Source: Phoronis australis
Lineage: Eukaryota > Animalia > Phoronida
DNA: 64,000 nucleotides
Direction: 5' to 3'
Assembly: GCA_002633005.1 (NCBI GenBank)
Contig: NMRA01000406.1
Coordinates: forward strand, 190,862-254,861
This document shows positions 40,401 through 49,400 of this stretch, piece after piece. The notes below the pieces were generated by a model. It saw nothing but the letters and a program-made list of their open reading frames with translations. It was not told the DNA's origin and made no database searches. Each line of letters opens with the position of its first letter. Position 1 is the first letter of the stretch. Both the position numbers and the translations under genes were made by a program.

Positions 40401-43400
40401 ATTTACCACAAGTTTGACTTGAGTTCCAATACTCCTCAAAATAGTTTTGGACTGCAACAAATGTGGAACAATATATTACGAAAATCAAAAATGGGATAAC
40501 GTAAAAGTGAAGATATAAAAATTACTCAAATGCTAAAACTTCACTGTGCACCCTCTATACATGAGTAACCCACAAGAGCCCCTCACAGTAGATCTCCCAT
40601 ACAAAAGTACCCCCCGGACTCCCTCACTGTACACCCTCTAGACATGAGTTAACCCCACAGGTTTACCTCACAAAAGACCTTCCATACATAAGTACCCAGG
40701 GACTCCCTCACTGTACACCCTCTATACATAAGTACTCCATAAGAGCCCCTCACAGTAGATCTCCCATTTGTAAGTACCCCAGGACTCCCTCCCTGTACAC
40801 CCGCTAGACATTAGCAACCCACAAGAACCGCAGACCTTCCCTGCATAAGTACCCAAGGGACTTCCTCACAGCACACCCTCTATACATGAGTAGCCCACAG
40901 GAGCCCCTAAGACTAGACCTCCCATGCATAAGTAACTCTCGGACTCCCTTACCTGTCCCTTGCTCTCCAGGATAGTTTCAAGATCCTTCACTTTTGACCG
41001 AGTTGTCTCCAAATCTATCTGTAGTTGAGCCACCATCTGAAACAAACAGACCATGCTGGTTATCAGGCACTTCAATTGAGCCACCATCTGAAACAAACAG
41101 ACCCTGCTGGGTTATCAGGCACCTCAATTGGGCCACCATCTGAAACAAACAGACCATGCTGGTTATCAGGCACCTCAATTGAGCCACCGTCTGAAACAAA
41201 CAGACCCTGCTGGTTATCAGGTACCTCAATTGAGCCACCATCTGAAACAAATAGACCCTGCTGGTTATCAGGCACCTCAATTGAGCCACCATCTGAAAAA
41301 AACAGACCCTGCTGGTTAATCAGGCACCTCAATTGAGCCACCATCTGACAAACAGACCATGCTGGTTATCAGGCACCTCAATTAAAGTACAGAGATGTTC
41401 TCATTTAAAGAAAGCTTAGCATGGGTACTCACTGACTTGAATACCATTTGTTATTAAAACAACAATCGCACATGAGAACATCTTCCTAGTTTTGTCTCAG
41501 CATCAAATGCAGTCGCAGCTGATTGATAACCTTGCTGCAATTTTTTGTTTTTCAACTTTGGATTTACAAGAAGTGTACATTGAACTAACTTTCCAAGCTC
41601 TATGAGAGTCAATAGATTATTTTGCAAAACCACGATGTCAAAGTCCAAGTTGGATTCATTCGCTTAAACCCCATTATTCAACATCTCAAATCCTCAACTT
41701 GAAGATGGCCTCCTCACTCACCTTAGTCTGTCTCTCAGGGTCCACACTGCTCCCCACATCTGACTGTAATAGTGCGTATGACCTTTCCAGAGCTACATGT
41801 TCCTTAGCCAGTCGATGGTAGTTCACTTCAAATTCCTCTTTGGCAAACTTGAAATATAAATTTGAACTCATTTCTAACAATGTTGTACATAGGAATTTTA
41901 ATGAAAATGTTGAGATTGACATGAATTTTACATTGTTTTGAATGAAAATATATGCCAAGCTATAAACATCCAAAAATGCTGAAGAACCCTACCCTTCCAT
42001 TCTGTCCCTGTAGGGTGGGACACATTCAAAGTTGACATGCACTGCCCTAGTCATGGTCTACTTCTTATGTCAAATTTCATCCCAACCAGGGACTTATGAT
42101 ATGTCGAGCAGACAGGACAATCCGACAAATGGCCACTAGGGAGTGCTGAAGAGGCCAAATTACCTGAAAATTGACTCATGCCAGCACAACGCCATCACTT
42201 ACCTCTGAGTCAAGTTTTACTGAAATGCAGATTGGTTGTCTAGATATTGTTATGTAGGTGGTAACACAGTAAATTGGTATAACACGTTTATTGCTTGTTG
42301 GAAGATGATAACTACATATAATACGGAAATACTAGTAAATAGGTCTATACACTACGGAGCCCTTTGCCACACTGACTGTAGAATCTAAGTGAGTCATCTC
42401 TGAGACTCGTGGCTTCAATGTTCGTGGTTGGCACACCTTCTAATGGTGTGTGGTTGGCACACCAGATATCATCCAGAAATGCTCTTTCTCAAAGATCAAA
42501 ATAGCCGCAAGTCTATAGATTGCGAACTCAAAGCAACTCAAATTCAACTCTAAACAATTCTGATGAAGTGACCCTGATTTTCCAGCATAGCAAAAATTAA
42601 CGTGTCTAGGGCGACACTTTCATGTCATCCACACGGTGTAATGTATGAAAAAATAGGCAAATTTTGAAAAAGCTCAAAATACAGAAAAATAGGACTTTTT
42701 AGTTAGGAATACTGAAGTTTTTGAGCGTTAGGTGCACCATTAGGTCGTAACCTACCCTGTACATCAAGGGCCAATGGTTAAGACAAACGGATACTATGAA
42801 CACACAAACACACACGAACACACAAGTTGAACTACTGTCACTCATTTAAGGTTTATTCCCATGGAATTTAAATGAAGACATCAAAAATAAGGCGCTAGTG
42901 TTCAACCCAAGTCAACAAAATACAGTCGGCTGGGGTCAGTAGTTCAAAGGTCAAAATGAGCATTAACCTAAACAGCTAAGATGATAACTTCAACAGTACT
43001 CTCACTAGAATACCTCAAAAACAACACCAACAAGTACTTACATTGTGCCAGACAGTAGAACTGTGTATATCCAACTGAGAGAAGATCAACCGTTATTGTG
43101 GCTTTTAGAACTTATTAAACATCACCAAACATTATAAAAGGAAAACATTAAAAACCTGACAACTCAATATTAGAACACAGTGAAGGCAGATCACTAGCAA
43201 GAAACTTAGAGACACTTTCTTCAATTTTCCAAAAACTGAGAAACCAATTTCAGCAATAAATATCAGGTGTCATAAAAAAGTGAGACACTTTTTGACAAGT
43301 AATTTCTCAACAACTGACACACCGAATTTGTTAAAATTTTTCACAATGTATCTTCAGGGTGTCTACCGATGAAGTACTGTGAAATTCAAAACATTTGGGT

Positions 43401-46400
43401 GAAAAATGCAATATCACAATTGAGACTTTCATCATGTTCAAGTTGTGCTGGCATCGGTCAGTCAAAAAAATTGCCTGCCTGGGCCTCAAGTCTACTGTTT
43501 TTTATATTGTCAGAACTGTAAAATCAGTTCTGGCCAATATTCCGGTTTGTAACAATGCCTTTCAGTGAAAGTGATACGTTTACAATTGAAACCTGTTTCA
43601 AGAAGAAAGAGCGGAGCAGAAAAAGAATCGTAAGGGAGTAACCAGGAAAAGGGTGGAGTCGTGCGACCATAAATCGACTTCTAGCTAAAATACCCAACAC
43701 AGGCTTTGTTGTGCGTAAAAGGGGCAGTGGGAGACACAAGAGTACATGTTGGAAAGAAAACGAGGATTGTGCTGAGGAACTGAATCAATCCCAGGACAAC
43801 CCGGGGAATCACAAATCTCTGAGAAAAGTCGCAAGGGATTTACAAGAGAGCAAGTCTTCTGTGCAAAGAATGGCGAAAAAACTGGAGTTGAAACCCTTCA
43901 AAAGAACGTGGGTATCAAGGAGAGGTCAAAATGTTAGATGGAAAAGAAAAACTCGATGTCGTTACTTTAAGCTAGAAATCGCTAAAAATCACCAAAAAAA
44001 GTAATGGTTTCCGCTGAAAATCAAATATTCATTGTATTGACACTGATAGAGCCAAAGTTGACAGTCAATGCTACATGCAGTTATTGGATGAAAACCTTCT
44101 CCCAGATTGCAGGCGACTTTATCCTGGAAACACTTACGTGTTTCAGCAAGACAGATCTCCTTCACACACGAACAAGATAACCCAAGCACATCTGGAGGAG
44201 GCCACACCAAAATTCATTAAAAAGGATGAGTGGCCACCGCTCAGTCCTGACTGCAGTCCAATGGACTATGCCATATGGGACTCTCTGAAGGAGAATGTTT
44301 ACTGGGAAATGAGAGGCAAATTGACTGAGCAGGAGTTATAAGACAGGATAATTATGTCATGGGAGGAAATCTCGATGGAAGAAATACGGAAAAGCATTTC
44401 AGGTTGGAAGAAACGGCTCCGGTTAGTCGTGGAGGAAGATGGCGGGCACATTGAGCATACACTAAAATTAGTGAGCTTTTTGGACCTGATGTTTTTAATT
44501 TGACAGTTCTCGCACAATTAGACTTAGACATTTTGTACATTTGTTGATGATATCCTAAGATTCATCTGTGAGAAATTTGAAAAAATCGGTTAGTCTGTTG
44601 CTGAGAAATTACATGTAAAAAAGTGGTTTATTTTTTGACACCTAATATACATTCCATTTTTTCAGATTTGTAAATTGACTAAGTCCATTTTACTAGTTTA
44701 AAGTAACAAATAGCGCAAAAGTAATTAATTGGATATTGCCTTATTTTTACGATGGATTGAACTGATTATGCTGATGAATTGCTACATGGTATGTTTTTAT
44801 TGTTTCTTTAAACTGGAAAAAGAACAGTGCCACCTACAGAAACAATGAGCAACTACAACTGCAAAATGATTGTTGGACGATTTTGGCCACAATTGTAAAA
44901 TTTGATGGATTGTATTCCTAATTTTTGGAAATTAATAAGGAAAATGCTAGAATTACAGTATCTCTTATTGAAACACGAAAATTCCATTCGAAATCTCCAA
45001 TTCCATTAAAGTGAGATTCTGCCAAATTTCACTTGTTTCACGTTATCCCAGAAAACCAGAGTTTCTCACATCGCTGTAAGTGCTGTATACTAAATGTAGA
45101 CAAAAATAAACAAACTGCAGGTGTCACTGTTGTACAAGTATATACTATGACCAGACAAAGGTGTTAATGTTGCACATGTATATACTACGACTTGACTGAG
45201 GGTGTTACTATTGTACAAGTATGTATTACGACCATATTTAAGGTGTCACTGATGTACAGAAAAACATTCAACAGAACAAAATAATGCAGAGCATAAAAAC
45301 AGGCACAGGGCTGTGGAGAGGAAGAGACAACAGGCAGGGTGGGGTACATGTCCTGACCAGACACCTCCCTCCAGCCACAAACTAAGCGTGGACCACAAAT
45401 ACACCTACCTCCTCCCAGTGACTTTCATCATCAGTCTGCATGTCCAGTGACAAAGAACATGTTGACATATCTGAGTCTATAGAGTGAGTATCTTCATCAA
45501 AGCCAAACGACGTTTCACGTATACCAGCTGCCCTCTGTTGAGCGCGAGTCGCTCTTCGTCTCCTGTGCTGTTGCAAAATGTCTACTCGACGGTCTTTCTC
45601 CTGCAAAACAACACTTTTATTATTGACATAACATAAACACTTCAGATACCACACAGACCAAATTTTACAGCCACGTTTCACCTTTGTTTACTCTTGGAAC
45701 TTCTTAATTTTTCAAAAACACAATTTTAACAGCAGGACACCCTTTTTAGCGTCACCTAATACTTAGGAAACTATCGAGTTGACAAATGCTCTGTTTCCGA
45801 GAGGGAGTCGTAATACAAATGTATGTTTCAAAAAGTGTAAAAATCACGCTTTACTATCTGAAATTATTGATATGGTCCAATGGGAAGCACACCAAGTTGA
45901 GCTGATTAGCAAGTGTAGTCGTCAACTTATTTGAAAACATCTTTTCCTTTACTAAACCTGCTCATTCAAGTTTTGTTTTTAACAGACCATGAGCCAAGAT
46001 GTACAATCTTACTGGCACTAGGTGGCGCAATACTCACTGCAATCAACTAAAGACTACATTTTGTAAATTTGTGCTTGACAGGTACACACCTTACTAAAAG
46101 GTAACAAGATTTTTCAACTGTAGAGAGAGGAAGTCAAAACATATTAAGTTGATAATTGTAACATTAGGAATTTTAAGTTTCGTGTTAGCCAAAAACAACT
46201 GTCCAGTACCAAGCATGCCTGTCGGAGGGCATTGATGGTTTTGAGCTGTTCATTTCTTGTCTGCTTTAGTTCATCCACTTCATCCATCAAACTGACTACA
46301 GTGTCTGAGTGGTGGTGGTCAGTCTCTTGCTGCTGTCTCAGCTGGTCAGCCCGCCGCTTAGACTGTTCAGTCTTATGTTTCTATAGTAAGAAGAGCACAG

Positions 46401-49400
46401 TCACCTTTTAAGTGTTTTTGTTGACTGACTTTCTACATTTATTACCCAGAAGATCAGTTTATGGAAAAAATAGTGCCTGTGAACTGTTAGCAGGCAATGC
46501 ATAGTAACATATTATTTAATAAAAATGTCAAGTGGGTGAACCAGTTTTTAGGTGGTAAATTTGGTAGAGTTGAGTTACCAAGAATGATTTTTTGTACCCA
46601 GTGTCAGTCATGGTTACAGCACCTATAATTTAGAGCCTCAGTATCATTTTCGATAATAGTTAAAAATCCTGCGCTAGGTGGATGACCTAAAAAATAAATA
46701 TTGGGTAAGATAACATTGAAATGTTGTAAAATTTCTGTTGTTAATTTAATTTGACAATGCAAACCTTAGTCTGGAAAACAAAACTGCTTACTGTAGGTAC
46801 CAGTTTAAATATTATTCATCAAATTATTTTTTAACCCCATGAGATCATTCAAATATAACACAAATGAATTTGCAAATGTTTAAAAAGTAAACAATTAAAC
46901 TTAGTTGTTAATACAAATGTTGTAACTACTACAACAGATGTATTTAAGAAAGACCCAAGTTGGGCATATCCACCTTAGGTACGTTTTACTACACATTTTA
47001 AAAAATTGTGACGTGACACCATGTCTGCCATGTATACAAGACTAAATGCACATTACAACTTGTGCCTACTAGTTTCTTTGCTTCTTCTGTAAGTTTCTGT
47101 ATCTTCTCCTCTAAACTCTTATTGATTGCCGTCAATTCCATGTTCTTCTCCAAGAACCGTTTGTTCTTGTCCTGAAGGGGTCTCTGCCGTCTCTCCATCT
47201 CTTTAATCCGTTTCAACTGGAGAACGAATCAGATTAAACAAGTTGTAACTTGTTATTTCAAATTTGACAAACAACTGGCCTCCAGTGAAAATTTCGAATT
47301 AATTAATAAAAAATCACAACAAGCCTAAAATGAACTTTGGTTCCATAAATACTCAGGCTGGTTATGAGCAGGTGAGCTAAATGTAATGAATAACAGAGAA
47401 CACAGCTTTTGAAGTGAGTGTTCTTTGAAACTTCGCACCTACAGCTGCAGTCATTTATACACATTGAAGAGCTCTTCGTAATACATCACATTGACCAAAA
47501 CATGCAAAGCATCTATAGTTGCCCACAGTGCACCACAAAAGGTATATTTCTACAGGTGTTTATGCCTTCATGCAAGGTACAAGGAAACAACAATTGTGCC
47601 ACAAGGGAGAGCTGCAATAGTCAGAATGACACAACATAGTTTGAACAAGGAGCTTTAAACAGTACTTTATCAGAAAACTCTATGAACTTTCAATGGTCAC
47701 AGAAGAGGATGATTAGGAAGGCCATTCCGCGCATTGTCACAATGATGATACAAGGCGTGTTCCCTTTAGTGACCCACGTCACTGGTGTAGTATTTTTGAC
47801 TAGAAATCTTCCAATGGAATGAAAATAGTGAATTCTATCCCATAAGGTAAGGTCCCAAGTATACTCTCAAGGAATACTTGACTTTCACTCACACAAGTGG
47901 TCTAAATAAATCCCTGTTCTAGCAAAATATGTCTCTCACTAGAACAGAAAATCCCCACGACAACGCGCATCAGGCTCACGAGACAGGTGCGCTCCGGCTC
48001 TGGCAACAAAACTGTCAGAACAGAACTATTTTATGCACAGTGCTCCAATATGAGTCAGATAAAACATGCAATAGTTGGCTATGTAGTAATTGCGCCACAG
48101 CATGTTGCAAATATTAATCTTAATCAACTTTGTGACTGAAAAGAAATATGATGATCATTAGAAAGTGGGCTTTTCTACTCATAGGACAAGTTTCAGATTT
48201 CATCTCAGCATACGCAACTGCTATTTGAAGTCTCACCAAGTTTTCTTTATCACCAACTAGAGCTGTATTGTTCTTTTCAAGCTTCTGGATGTGACATTTC
48301 ATGTCCGTTACCATGGATTCCAGTGAGGCTATCTTCTCAGTCATTTTGTGTTGTTGCAACAGCTAAAACAAACAAGGAACCACCGTGAAACACAAGGTGT
48401 CACTAGAAGACAGTGTGAATACAGCACACATCACAAATTTTTGTCCGACCGGTCGGAAATTGGTCGACGACCGGCCGTCCACCGGTCGGCAAATTAGCCA
48501 ACCGGTCTGCTAAAAATTAGCCGACCGGCAGCCGGCCGCAGTGCCGACTCATAAGGCGACTCCTCAGCTGACCCTTCAGCCGACCGGCCATCAGCCGACC
48601 AGCTGGTCGGCTGCTATTTTTAGGCTAGAGTAGCAGTTGCGTAATAGGTTGTCAGGCTGATACCACTTTGTGTGTCGATGCATATCCGTCTTAGCACAGG
48701 GTCAAATAAATTAACCTACTTTTACTGTCTCCGTTACATGAGTTCGCATCAGTTGTGTAACACCCCACTAATTCGAAGGTTGAAGGCAAGCGGTAATATT
48801 GAATTATAGACAGTGCAACAAGTTTTGGATAAAAAACATGAAAGTTTTCTTTACATTTGATCTTTAATTTGCATCCTGACGTTAACAAGCTGCATTCGAT
48901 TGGCTGTTTCCCGGTCAATACAACTCTGTAGTCATTGTTTTTTGTTTGTGTTACGCCGAACTGCATCTTTTTTAAAATTCTCCACGGGTCTCCTATCACA
49001 TGCCCGTGATGATAGGATAGTGAGTTGTTACACCTAAGAGCTCTCAGTGAGGCATTTTTATTTTCATATGATTAACCCTTGCAGTACATGCGCGAACTTC
49101 ACGGTCCAGTATGCCCTAAACCCACGGACTTCCATGGCTCTAACTTCGAAATCATATGGTCACGATTTCCACGAACTTAGACAGTGACATCAAACACGGA
49201 ACAACCTTTGCGCATTCCGTTTTTAGTGCATCGGTGACGTTAAAATCTGCGCTAGCTACATGTATCAGTTCTTCGATCACGTTGTTCCAAAAAATAAATA
49301 TTTTCTATCAACAACATATTGACAAATTATGTAAAATAAAACGAGTTTAAACGGGAAGATGTGAATACGTGGTGAAGAGGTATTTGTCTCTACACGGCAT

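Noticed and set aside
40978-41344. Several repetitive ORFs in both orientations
   Set aside because: Products of the stop-poor 51-bp repeat unit.
41025-41381. CRISPR-like appearance of the 51-bp array (also 389-912)
   Set aside because: Whole units repeat with no unique spacers, there are no cas genes, and the context is eukaryotic.
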